64,000 nt of DNA from the human T2T-CHM13v2.0 reference genome, Homo sapiens, in assembly GCF_009914755.1 (NCBI RefSeq), contig NC_060930.1, one strand, 5' to 3'. The position numbers were made by a program, and so were the translations under genes. The notes under the pieces were generated by a model that worked only from the letters and a program-made list of their open reading frames with translations, did no database searches and had not been told where the DNA came from. Each line of letters opens with the position of its first letter. Position 1 is the first letter of the stretch. Of this stretch, positions 27,777 through 40,730 are shown piece after piece.

Positions 27777-28448
27777 TGTACTAAAGTGACTCAGGCAGAT
27801 TGCAATTGATTTAGAGGTTTATTTTGCCAAGGTGGAAGATGCACCTGGGAAAAAGAAACAGAAGTTACAGTAGGATCTGTGGCCTGTGTTTTTTCCAAAG
27901 AGGGTTTTAAGGACTTCAATATTTAAAGGGGAAAGAGCAAGCAGGAGGGGAACAAAGAATGGAAAGAAAGGCCTGGGAGGGTAGGCAATGAGGCAAATGG
28001 TTACTTGTAAAGTTTTGATTAGCTCAATGAATCTACATTTTACATGTGAAAAGAAAGGAATGCGGGGGAAGTCAATTATTCCCTCACATGCTCAGTAAAT
28101 CTACATTTTACATAAGATAATGTAAGCATGTGAAATTACAGCTATCTGTTTGGGAACAAAGAAAGGCAGTTTTTTTGCATGACTCAGTTCCCAAGCTTAA
28201 CTTTTCCCTTCTTATGCTTTGATCACCTTTGCAATGATCAGAACTCAGAGCAGAATCTCTGCATATATGGTTAGCTATTTGCTGGAAGTAGGACCCTGGT
28301 ATTATATTTCGAGATACAAAAGTTTAAATTTTTTACATAGCAAAATCTACAGATTTTTCTCCCAAAGTTATTCATAACATTTCATTTGAACATTTCATTC
28401 ATTAGACATAGTGAGTTTGGGGTCCCAAGATTTTATTTTCCTTTCACA
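27777..28448 (-). mobile_element. MER4-family (MER4B-like) solo LTR, interrupted
   Basis: Ends catagtgagtttggggtcccaagattttattttcctttcaca, the reverse complement of the MER4 start TGTGAAAGGAAAATAAAATCTTGGGACCCC. Confidence 0.82.
28209..28390 (+). repeat. Inserted copy of 25440-25619 inside the MER4 LTR
   Basis: Colinear direct repeat with scattered substitutions. Confidence 0.93.
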
Positions 28449-28618
28449 TACTCATCATTAGTTTCAATAAATTTCCTCTTTTGCCTACCCTTCTTTTTCA
28501 TCTTGATCTTTTTCCATCTTTTCTCATCATAATCTTCTTTATAGTATCCTGCTCCCAGTGCCCCAAAGCCACAACTTTTTACATCTCAGCATTTCCTTAA
28601 AATCTCCTTCTGAACTGA

Positions 28619-28981
<363 letters not shown>

Positions 28982-29689
28982 GTCACAGGGCTCTTTCTAG
29001 CACTATACTACCCCGCCATGTATTGCTAGCTCCATGTTACCCAGCCCATATGATTTGAGCTCTATATATTCTAAGACACAATTACTTGTCATTGACTCCC
29101 CTGCAGAACCCCCACTTACTGCATTGTTTCTGGGAGTGGTTGAAATATATAGACAGATGGTTGTGATTGGATTGGGAAGGAGGCCTCAATAAAAACATAG
29201 GTGGCACTATGCAGTTGATACACAGCTGCCCTTTTTGGTGACACTTTCTGATCCCAATTAAAGCATTATAATAGTTTCCTGAAGAGAAGCACACAAATAT
29301 TCCACATTTTCAATGCTGGTTGTAGCACAGTTTACAAGTACCTGTGTATTCAGCAGTGCAGGGCAATGGTATCTTTCTTTTGGCAATTTGACCTCAAAAA
29401 GAGTAGCTGCTTTTGCAAATTAAAGGATGCAATCAGATTCCCCCTTTGCATGAATGCTTGTTCAGAACCAATCCATGCCATTTCTCCAGAATCTCTGGGA
29501 TGTGCCTGTTCTTCACGTGGAGGCCAGTTTCTCTCCTTTCCCCAGGGCTCTGCTCTTCCTAAGTGGGTCACATGACAAGTGTGGCTACTCTTTGACCTGA
29601 GGTTTGTGAATGAGCCTGCATCATAAATCCTCTCTCTCCTCCATCTGCTAAAGTATAACACATCCTTCTAAAAGAAGCCAACGGGTCAT

Positions 29690-29915
29690 GATCAACATTT
29701 ACCAAGAACCCACTCTGTGCCAGGTACTGGCTATGCACTCATTTTTCTATTTAATTCTCATATCCACACTAAGAGGGAATTGCTATTAGCACCATTTGAC
29801 ACATTAGGAAACAGGATTAGGAAAAGTATATAATTTCTCCAAGATTACACAACTCATGAATGGCACAACCAAGCCTCAGATCCAAGTCTGTTTGACATTA
29901 AAGATTATGATCTCA
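29690..29915 (-). mobile_element. MIR
   Basis: aacatttacc...ctctgtgccaggtact...ccaagattacacaact...gatccaagtctgtttgac. Confidence 0.75.
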
Positions 29916-30031
29916 TTCTTGTCCTGAATCTGCCCAAGACCATCTCCAGCCTTCTTTAATCTTTAGGGATGGGGCCATTTGTGGGATAATATATCTAGAT
30001 ACCATGTTAAAATAAATTTCTTATACAGTTA

Positions 30032-30347
30032 GTCCAGGTGCGGTGGCTTACGCCTGTAATCCCAGCACTTTGGGAGGCCGAGACAGGCAGATTGCCTGAG
30101 GTCAGGAGTTTGAGACCAGCCTGGCCAACATGGTGAAACCCCATCTTTACTAAAAATACAAAAACTAGCTGGGTGTGATGGCAGGCACCTGTAATCCCAG
30201 GTACTCAAGAGGTTGAAGAAGGAGAATCACTTGAACCTGGGAGACAGTGGTTGCAGTGGGCCGAGATTTTGCCACTGAAATCCAGCCTGGGCAACAGAGT
30301 GAGACTCCATCTCAAAAAAAAAAAAAAAAAAAAAGAGGAAAAAAAAA
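30032..30347 (+). mobile_element. AluSx-like
   Basis: Full dimer with A tail; TSD ttatacagtta at 30021-30031 and 30348-30358. Confidence 0.93.
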
Positions 30348-30617
30348 TTATACAGTTAGACTGACATTCCTGAACCTCATTTGTAATTATATTGGTTAAG
30401 GATACCATGAAATATGAGCTTTCATGTTCAAATGAAATAAAACATCTTGTTTATGAGCATGTTGCATCTGCCTGTATAATAAAAGAGATATTTTCTTCAG
30501 ACAGCTACCTTGAGTTGTATAACTTCTTCCCTCTTACCTAGACTACGGTGAATTCCTTAAAAACAAAATGGAGAGACTATAGTAGAAAGAAAAAAAAATA
30601 ATTTGATACAGCCTTAT

Positions 30618-30976
30618 TGCTATAGTCTGAATATCTGTGTCTCCCCAAAATTCATAGGCTAAAATATTGACCCTCTAGGGGAAGGTGTTAGGAGGTAGGA
30701 CCTTTGGGAGATGATTAGGTCATGATGATGAAACCCTCATGAATGAGATTAGTACCCTTATAAAAGAGGGCAAAGAGACTTCTTGCCCCTCCATGATATA
30801 AAGACATAGCAAGAAGTCACCATCAATGAATCACAAAGCAGGCCATCCCCCAGACCCCAATTTTGCCTTGTTTGTGGACTTTCCAGCCTCCAGAACTGTG
30901 AGAAGTAAATTTCTGTTGTCTTATAAGCTATCCTGTTCATGGTATTTTGTTACAGCAGCCTGAACAGACTAAGACA
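30618..30976 (+). mobile_element. MLT1A-like LTR
   Basis: tgctatagtctgaat...ccaaaattcat...ggtattttgttacagcagcctgaacagactaagaca. Confidence 0.85.
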
Positions 30977-31423
30977 ATTCTTCATGTGGCATACTGTTTT
31001 GCTAAACGGTAGTTCAACCACACTGCCATCTCACATTTTCCTGGGTTTCGGGTTATTGAGGCATTGACGCTCTGACCCTTTCTACTCATCTTTTCTAAGT
31101 AATGACAAATGGTGTATTTGTCAGTGTTTGATATCAGAAAAGAGAGAACAAGACAGTTAAGATGTGCAGTTTGGTGTGATATTCCTAAATATAAAAAAAA
31201 TTATCTCCTAGAAATTAACTTATGTATATGTTTTATAATCATATGAACATACGCTATTATTTATTTAAAAGCTACTAATTCATTTGCTTTTAATGTTAAT
31301 CATCAAATCTCTAACAAATTTAAATTGTAAGGTCTAATGGAAGTTAAGAGGATTCATGGAGAGGCTGTGTGGGAAGTGGAGAATGAATTTCATAAGCTGT
31401 CTTAGAAATAAAAGTGCAGACCT

Positions 31424-31715
<292 letters not shown>

Positions 31716-32072
31716 AAGGAAGGAAGGAAGGAAAGAAGGAAGGAAGGAAAGAAGGAAGGAAGGAAAGAAGGAAGGAAGGACGGAAAGAAGGAAGGAAGGA
31801 AGGAAAGAAGGAAGGAAGGAAGGAAAGAAGGAAGGAAGGAAAGAAGGAAAGAAGGAAAGAAGGAAGGAAGGAAGGAAAGAAGGAAGGAAGGAAAGAAGGA
31901 AGGAAGGACGGAAAGAAGGAAGGAAAGAAGGAAGGAAGGAAGGAAAGAAGGAAGGAAGGAAAGAAGGAAGGAAGGAAAGAAGGAAGGAAGGAAAGAAGGA
32001 AGGAAAGAAGGAAGGAAGGAAGGAAAGAAGGAAGGAAGGAAGGAAGGAAGGAAGGAAGGAAGGAAGGAAGGG
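31716..32072 (+). repeat. (AAGG/AAAG)n purine microsatellite, ~355 bp
   Basis: All purine except C at 31781 and 31909. Confidence 0.97.
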
Positions 32073-32499
32073 TGCAGACATGAGATGTCTTGAGCTGGCC
32101 TCATTTTGCCCTTGTAGGAATGGGCTATAATTTAAGGCCAACTTAAATGCTTTGCTGCATGTCTTCCCTCCCTTGAATTCTCCTCAAATTGCCATTGATC
32201 TTTCAGGAAGCTCCTCACGCACACACCCCATCCCTGCTCCCCAAACACACACGTTTTAACATTTTAGAAGTGAGGAAGGGAGGAGAGAAAACAAACGAAA
32301 CAGTTGAACAGGAAGACAAACAGAAAAGAGATATGCTCAGGAAAGCAGTTTCAAGCCCTATACTCCTTCCATTAAAAGCCCTAAGTTCTCACACCTTGTT
32401 TCCGTGAAATCCTAGTGATGTGCATCAGACCTATCCTTTCTTGGAATTGAAGAGGTTAGTCACAGAACACGGTGGCGATGGGGCAGAGAAGTGAGACAG

Positions 32500-32835
32500 C
32501 TTAGAGTTCCCCTTTTGTTCTCTTCAGGCCCTCAGTGAGTTAGATGAGGCCCGCCCACGTTAGTGAGGGTGAATCTTTTTCACTCAGCTCCCTGATTCTA
32601 ACACTAATCTCTTCTGGAAACACCCTCACAGTCACATCCAGAAATGATGTTTTACCAGCTCTATGGGCATGTCTTAGCCCAGTCAAGTTGACACGTAAAA
32701 TTTACTAGCACAAGTCTACCCCTTATCAACTCGGTACCCATATGCATCTCCTTAAACCATACTTTAGCTCCAAATAATGACAATAACAAGGTTGTAATTC
32801 TACCTAAATGTGATATTACTCTCCTGCATATAAAA
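32500..32835 (-). mobile_element. MLT2B/C LTR fragment plus ERVL internal 3' end
   Basis: caagttgacacgtaaaatttactagcaca (LTR end at 32712), then agtctaccccttatcaact (PPT side). Confidence 0.8.
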
Positions 32836-33279
32836 GCACAGCCCCTGGGTATTTGAATAGTCCTTCCTTTGTGGACTGCTTGGTTTTTTGTGGTGAAAGG
32901 TAGGTCATTGATTAATTTTCTGCATCCAGCTCTATTATCATCATTATTGGGAATTCCTCCCAGAATCTGACTACAGCTTTTCCTTTGAGCGTCATGTTCT
33001 GTGGTATTTTGTGATCATGAACTTTTCGGTAGATTTGTAGCTATTTTAGGGTGAGGTAGAATAAAGTTGTTAAGCAGGTGCCTTTTTTACTCCAAAGAGT
33101 AAACGTTTTAGATGACCAAATAAATGAATAAAAAAAAATCTTAGGATAATACTTTACCTAATGCACACTTCTGATAGGATACACTGAATTCACTGGTATC
33201 CAGCAAGAATAGCAAGTGACTGTTTTTAAGTCATGTTAGATTATCTGTGTATTTCAAACAAACATACTTTATATGATAC

Positions 33280-33673
33280 TGTCTTAGTTTACTTTGTGTT
33301 GTTATAATAGAATACCACAGACTGGGTTATTTATAAAGAAAATAAATTCATTTCTCACAATTCTTGAAGGTGGGAAGTCCCATATCACAGTGACAGCATC
33401 TGATAAGGGACATTGAACTGAATCATCCCATGGCAGAAGGTGGAAGGCAAGAGAGTGTTAAAGCAAGAGAAAAAGAGAGGGCTGAATTCTCTTTTTACAA
33501 CAAACCTACTCTCAAGATAATGAATGTACCCCCATAATAATGACATTAATCTATTTATGAAAAGAGAGTCCACATGGCCTAACCTCCTCTTAAAGGTCCC
33601 ACCTTTCAACACCATTGCACTGGGGGTACATTTCCAACACATGAACTTTGGAAGACACAATCAAACCATAGCA
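33280..33673 (-). mobile_element. MST (MSTC/D-like) LTR
   Basis: tgtcttagttt...ataccacagactgggttatttataaag...aatcaaaccatagca. Confidence 0.82.
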
Positions 33674-33704
33674 GGTATTTTATGTGGAAATGGAAACACC
33701 AAGC

Positions 33705-34070
33705 TGTATGTGTTTGTATATGTGTGTTTGTGTGTGTCTGTGTGTACGCATGTGTGTCTGTGCATATGCATGTGTGTCTGTGCGTTTGTGTGTGTCTGTG
33801 TGTTTCTGTGTGTCTGTGCGTATGGGTCTGTGTCTGTGTATATGAGTGTGTCTGTGTGTTTGTGTCTGTCTGTACATATGTGTGTGTGTCTGTGTATATG
33901 CCTGTGTATGTGTCTGTATGCATGTGTGTCTGTGCATATGCATGTGTGTCTGTGTGTTTGTGTGTGTTTGTGTGTCTGTGTGTATGTGTGTGTGTCTGTG
34001 CATATGCATGTGTGTCTGTGTGTGTGTCTGTGCGTTTGTGTGTGTCTGTGCGTATGGGTGTGTATGGGTA
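33705..34070 (+). repeat. Complex degenerate (TG)n repeat
   Basis: ~365 bp of TG with TC/TA/CA/CG interruptions. Confidence 0.95.
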
Positions 34071-35184
34071 TGGACTTGCAGCTTCTAACTCCAAGGCTTA
34101 GAATAAATAATTCCATTCTCTTTCCATAATTTGGGCAGTTCAGTAGTTTGGCTTCCCTCTACAATATTTTTTGCTGATAATTTTCTTTTCTTTTTTTTTT
34201 TTTCAGTTTCTTATTACTCTACAGATTTCAGCTCCTGAAATTTTATACCTGAAGCCTTGCCATGAAATATTCAAAAGATGCTATATTTCATACCGCTGAA
34301 TAAGCAGTTTGTTTATTCTCTCTTGGCAAGTGTGCTGCATAACATTGTTTCTAGAAAAGAGGTTTATGTGGCATGATTAAACATTCCATTTTCATAACGT
34401 GTCACTCATATACTGTCCATTCAGCCCCCAATATTTGTAGAAAACTATTAACTTGTAGATTATAACAAAAACATTTCAGAAAGTGACTTTCATTTCTGTT
34501 TTGCTCTCAGGTGAAGACTTTGAGGGATGAACATCCCCATTGTCCTTCAAAATGACTCTATCTGTTCGTTTTTCTTCTTTTCTACTTTTCAGAGAGAAAG
34601 AACCAATATTCTTTCTTTCCAAAGCCAACAATGCTATCTGTGACTGTGTTCCTGGTGCCTGTTGTATCTCTGAGCCCTTTCTTTCTTTCTTATCTATTCT
34701 CCTTCCCAACATTTTTTACATTCTCTCTTTTAACACCCTGTTTCTTCTCTTCCTTCAAATATACACTGGCTTCCATCTAGAAAAAAATTTTTTTTTAACC
34801 TGACTCTTTTGCTTACTCCAGCTGATCCAAATAATGTCTTTTAATTTTTTTCAATCATTAAATTTTGACTTTAATCCTATATGATTTAGTGTAACCTGTA
34901 TGATAATACTGAATATGTATTCAAGTTTACCAGTAACCGTCAATTGCTAATTCTGATATTTTCACCGTTTGCAATTACTGACTATTTACAGGTAAACTCT
35001 CTACCTCTGAGTTCAGGCTTGCTTTACATTGATTTTCATCTCAATTCTTGCTCTGTTTATTTTCTTTCTATTTTTCCTTCCCTTATCTGTAGCCCCTTAC
35101 ACTTTGATTTCTTAACACTAATGCCTCTCCCTTTTGCTCTTGTGTCTTTAGATTCTTTCCGTAGATATTTCACTCATTTCCAAG

Positions 35185-35540
35185 TGTATTTGTCTATCTC
35201 ATGCTGCTAATAAAGACATACCTGAGACTGGGCAATTTATAAAGGAAAGGAAAGTTGAATGGACTCACAGTTCCACATGGCGGGGGAGGCCTCACAATCA
35301 TGGCAGAAGAGTAAGAGACATTTTACATGGCAGCAGGCAAGAAAGAGATTGTGCAGGGGAACTGTCTTTTATAAAACCATCAGATCTCGTGAGACTTATT
35401 CACTATCATGAGAACAGTGTGGGAAAGACTTACCACCATGATTCAATTAACTTCCACCAGCTTCCACCCATGACACATGGGAACTATGGGAGCTATAATT
35501 TAAGATGAGATTTGGGTGGGAACACAGCCAAACCTTATCA
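35185..35540 (-). mobile_element. THE1C-like solo LTR
   Basis: tgtatttgtc...gccaaaccttatca; perfect TSD ccaag at 35180-35184 and 35541-35545. Confidence 0.9.
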
Positions 35541-35684
35541 CCAAGGCTTCACTTTTTGGAATTCACCCACTATTCTGGGTATATATCATATATTATTTTT
35601 TCCCCTAATCTCTCCCATCCTTCAATTCAAATTTGCTTCTTCTTCTTCAGTTATTTTAACTGAAGGGCCAATTTTTACTCCAAG

Positions 35685-35815
35685 AAGCAAAACCAAACCA
35701 AAACCAAAACAAAACAACAACAACAAAAAACCAAACATAGCAAGACAAACAAACACAAACAACAAAAAGCCAATGAAAACCCAACGCAAAGCAAAATGAA
35801 AGCAAACAGAACAAA
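35685..35815 (+). repeat. A/C-rich low-complexity tract
   Basis: Imperfect (CAAAA/CAA)n. Confidence 0.8.
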
Positions 35816-36063
35816 CCCCCCAAACTCCATGGAATTTATTCTCCTTCCTTGGGTTAACATATTTTTGGTATTGTGGTTGATAATTCCATCAGTTTCCTTA
35901 GCTTAATGTGGTGGAGCTATTTTTGGCTCCTCCTTCCACCTCTGCCTTCTAGCAGCTTCTGAGGCAGAATGAGAGGCAGAATAAGCCACGGCCTAGAAGG
36001 CAGGATACTGGGGAGAGTTCTAATAATTAAAGCTTTGTATAAAACTGTGACAAAACTACTGAT

Positions 36064-36239
36064 CAGGAACAGCTAAATAATTTGTGGGATCCGATGCAAA
36101 ATGAAAATACGGAGGCCCTTTTTCAAAAATCATCAAGAATTTTAAGTTGGTGATGGCAGAGCATTAAACCAAATGTGAGGACTTCTCATCATGTGCCCCG
36201 TGTGGCTTCACAGGTCCCAATCCCATGAAGCTGTCTCTG
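36064..36239 (-). mobile_element. MER45A (hAT-Tip100) inserted in a MIR
   Basis: tgcaaaatgaaaatacggaggccc...gcagagcattaaaccaa...cccatgaagctgtctctg matches the MER45A reverse complement. Confidence 0.85.
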
Positions 36240-36329
36240 TTGCGCTTCCTGGGCCACTGAATCCCTATCAGTTAAAAATGAAAATGGTTGACTTAAGTGA
36301 TTGCTAAGACATTCTGTTTTGCTCTAAAA

Positions 36330-36400
36330 TTCAGTGATTCTAGGCCTTTGGAGATTCTAGGCCTTCAATAATTCTAGGCCTTCAGTGATTCTAGGCCTTC
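36330..36400 (+). repeat. 17-bp tandem repeat, 4 copies
   Basis: ttcagtgattctaggcc / tttggagattctaggcc / ttcaataattctaggcc / ttcagtgattctaggcc. Confidence 0.92.
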
Positions 36401-36533
36401 TTTCTCTGCAACAGCTCCTAAATTGCTTCCATTATTCCTTCCATCTTGCTGGTGGAGTAATACCCAAAGACTTGATGGTAATTTTTTTCTTACCTATCTC
36501 TTATTTTTCTCCAGTCCATCCTGCTTAGATTAT

Positions 36534-36888
36534 TGATATGGTTTGTCTGTGTCCCCACCCAAATCTCACCTTGACTTGTAGCTCCCCTAATTCCCATGTG
36601 TTGTGGGAGGGACCCAGTGGGAGATAATTGAATTATGGGAGCTGTTTCCCCCATACTTTTCTCGTGGTAGTCTCACAAGATCTGATGGTTTGATAAGGGG
36701 TTTCCCCTTTTGTTTGGCTGTCATTTTCTCTCCTGTCTGCTGCCATGTAAGATGTGCCTTTTGCCTTCTGCCATTATTGTGAGGCTTCCCCAGCCATGTG
36801 GAACTGTGAGTCCATTAAACCTCTTTTTCTTTTAAATTACCCAGTTTTGGGTATGTCTTTATCAGCAGCATGAAAATGGACTAATACA
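36534..36888 (+). mobile_element. THE1C-like solo LTR
   Basis: tgatatggtttg...ggactaataca; perfect TSD attat on both sides. Confidence 0.92.
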
Positions 36889-36977
36889 ATTATTATCTCC
36901 AAACACTGCTCATGAACTAAAGGCTCAAGTTCAAATTTTATTTCGACATCAACATTACTTTGCAACCTTATTGTTTA

Positions 36978-37691
<714 letters not shown>

Positions 37692-38117
37692 AAACCTCTT
37701 TATGTGATTCTAAGCGTGTTGAGAGAAAGCTCTGTGCAAGCCCAGCACTTTACAGACACTAGAGCCTCCCTAAAATGTTAGAGGAGGAGTAAATTCTCCC
37801 TTTCTGTTGGACTCAACTCTCTGATCAGAAATTCCCTGTTTCCCTCTATGCCTTTGCTTCTGTTGTGTCTCATGTGTAAAACTAGCCTCATTTTTCTCTG
37901 GCAATGTCATGTCTTCTCCACTTGACACTTCTACATTAAGGCTCACCTCTATAGGCCTTTGTCATGTCTTGTCCTTGACTGTGGTCTTTTTTTCCTTTGA
38001 ATCTCAAAAATATCTAAAGTCCTTGCTACCCTTTTGGATCACCTGGGGCCTCGCCTCCTGCTTTGACCTTGCCATCTTAATGAGTCTGTGAGCTCCTTTA
38101 GAGAAGACACTCTCTAG

Positions 38118-38290
38118 ATCACTGCTTCTCAAGTTTAATGTGTATATGCATCCCTGGGGACCCTGTGAAATGCAGATTCTGATTCTGTAGCGCTGAAAAA
38201 GAGATGCAGCCCTGGATTCTGCATTTCTAACAAACTCCTAGGTAAAGCTGCTGCCGCTGCTGCTGCCGCAAGCCTCAGTTTGAGTAGCCA
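38118..38290. mobile_element. MER5-like (hAT-Charlie)
   Basis: aaatgcagattctgattctgtag...ttctgcatttctaacaaactcc. Confidence 0.75.
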
Positions 38291-40111
38291 CGTGCTAGAT
38301 TTCTTTGTCAAAAGCATCCTCTTTTCTCACATTTCCCTCACAGTCAAAAGCCTGCAGATATTTTTATAATGGATTATCCTCTATTGATTAACCTCCTGTT
38401 AAACTTCATGAATTAAATCAGCCTGGACTCAGGATGCTGGGCAGTGCAGAAAGCACCGTGATCTCTGGAGTTAATGGCAGGGAAGGGTAGCAAGTCCTTA
38501 GATATTTGTGTGGTTGTGTATTCTTTGTTAGGGAACCACAGGGTGATGGCTATAATAAAGCAGCGATTTCAATCAGTTAAAGTTCAATTTTCCTCCACAA
38601 CGTGAAACTTTGCAGGACTCTGTTTCCAAGAGGAGGGTAAACACACACTGCTCTGGGTTGGATAGAGCAAGAAGGGAACATGTTGTGTTTATTCTTTGAA
38701 AACGCAGCACATTTACTTCATGGGAAATTATTTATCTCTTGGAATTTACTTTATTCTGAAAGAAAAATATAAATGTCTTTAGGGGATTTAGGTTTGCGCA
38801 GCCTATTCTTTTACTCTTGTCCTTCTCACTTTAGACATAAAATAACTTTTGATGCATTAAATTCTAATGAATAAGAACACATTTTAAAGCCCTTGCTTTG
38901 TATTTTATTCAGTGGCTGACTTTAGTTTCCTACAAAATGCTTTCTAAATTCAGTTTCTTATCATGGGTTCCATCCAGAATAAAATATACACTGCCCCTGG
39001 AGCACACCAGCTGTTTATGTACCAGGCCAATATATCTCAGGGAGAGGTCTGCGTGATGCATAGGCGATTATTTTTAAAAAAATAAAAATAAAAACCCAAC
39101 TCAACATCAAGTATTTAGAGCTGCTCAGTGGGAAGAAAATGCAGAAAAGGAGAAAGGAAGGCAGCTTATTAATTAGCTCCTTCTGCTTTGAACTGTGAAT
39201 TTCTATGCTGTTTTCAAGCCTTCTATTTTTACATATAATACTTCAGAGCATATTCTTGCATGTTTTAAAGTCAAATGGAAGAAAGATAGGGTCTAAAAAA
39301 TGGAGATTTTTTTTGAATTAAATTATTTCCTAATATTTATCAGTAACAGGTTCTGGGAGGTGAAGAGCGTGTGTCTAGGTCACCACCTTTTCAAAGAATG
39401 AGTGGAGGATGAAGAGTTGTACAGAACAACCCACGGGCCTTTGTTCAGAAAGAGGGTCTTTTTCTAGGTATCCTGTCATCAGGGAATTCTTGCAGGGGAT
39501 GTTCTCAGCCTGCCTTTAGCAAATTGCTGATATTGTGGTGGGCACTAACCATACCGCAGCTCTTAGGTTTGCTGTCAGTGGTTTTGACATCCATCCAATC
39601 AGGTGCTCAACAAAAACTCAGTTCCAAATCTGCTAGATGGTGCACGTCTAAGGACAAAGGGCTTGTGACCTTGCCTGGGGCTTCCTGTTAAGCAGCTTAA
39701 AGACACTGGTGGTGAAGTCAAACATGTCATGCTTGACAAATCTGTTTCAATGCCACAGTGAAGGAGGACATCATTGCCAGACTGGGGCTCGTCTTGAGCC
39801 TGATGGTTTTGGTCACATTCTTTGCCAGATCCCTGAAGGACACAGTGGGCTTGTTCATCTAGTTCTCAACCTTGCCAATTGCTGGAAAGTCAGCTCTGTT
39901 AATTATTGGCAAGAATGGAGTCCAGTGACAGCTTTCCCTTTCTCCTTGCCAATGAAGATAGTTGGCTCAGTATAAAGTTTTCCTGGGGCATGGATTTACG
40001 TGACGATAGAAGTCTTCGTCAGACGTGTTATCAGTACTATTTTTTTGACTCATTCCAAGTGTCTTGAGGGCTCAGGTCTCAACATATGAAAGTGTCTCTT
40101 TAAAAGCCTTG

Positions 40112-40730
40112 TGATTGATTCATTGATTGATTGATTCACTCATTCATTCATCCATCCATTCATCAAAAGTTTACAGAATACTTACTGTATCATAGAACCA
40201 TGTATAGGACTTGTGTTCAAGAGGCTCACAGTTGAGAGAGGAAGGCAGACCCATAAAATGAAGACTAAAATAACAGTGTCATAGGTGTAAGGAGAAAACT
40301 CAGCTCCTTGGGGGAGATGGAAATCCTCATGGAGAGAGCTCTACATCAGAGTGCCAGAGGGAGGCAGGGCCACTGTATCCACCTCCAGGGGCACTATTCA
40401 CACCGCAGGGTAGGTAAATGACACTTCCTGGAGATGTTTAAGGCATAGTCTACTCAACCTGCAGAAGGATAAGGGGAGATGGGTTTGCAGGAGAAGTTGA
40501 TGTTAGCTAGATATCCAAAGGCTCAATATGATGCCAGGAGGATTGTGTCTGTGGGCTGCAGATGGAGGGCTGGGGGTGGGCAATGCAAAGTTGTAGTAGG
40601 AGAAAAAATTGATTACCAACAAATTGGTAATGTTAATAGGAACCAGATATTATGGGGTCTTGTCTGCCAGGCCAAGGAGTTTAGACTTTATTATTATGGA
40701 AATAAAGCTGAAGGATTTTCAGCAAGGTAG
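40112..40730 (-). mobile_element. L2 fragments
   Basis: ttcattcatt-type L2 tail; gccaggccaaggagtttagactttat. Confidence 0.6.

Noticed and set aside
28026-28115. Direct repeat aatctacattttacat
   Set aside because: As I recall, this is an intrinsic feature of the MER4 LTR consensus
33524-34129. Overlapping ORFs up to 201 aa (CV/HT-rich)
   Set aside because: Frames through the TG repeat and the MST LTR; open on both strands only because the repeat lacks stops
36330-36400. CRISPR-like repeat/spacer pattern
   Set aside because: The unit is only 17 bp with 5-nt variable parts, there are no cas genes, and the context is mammalian
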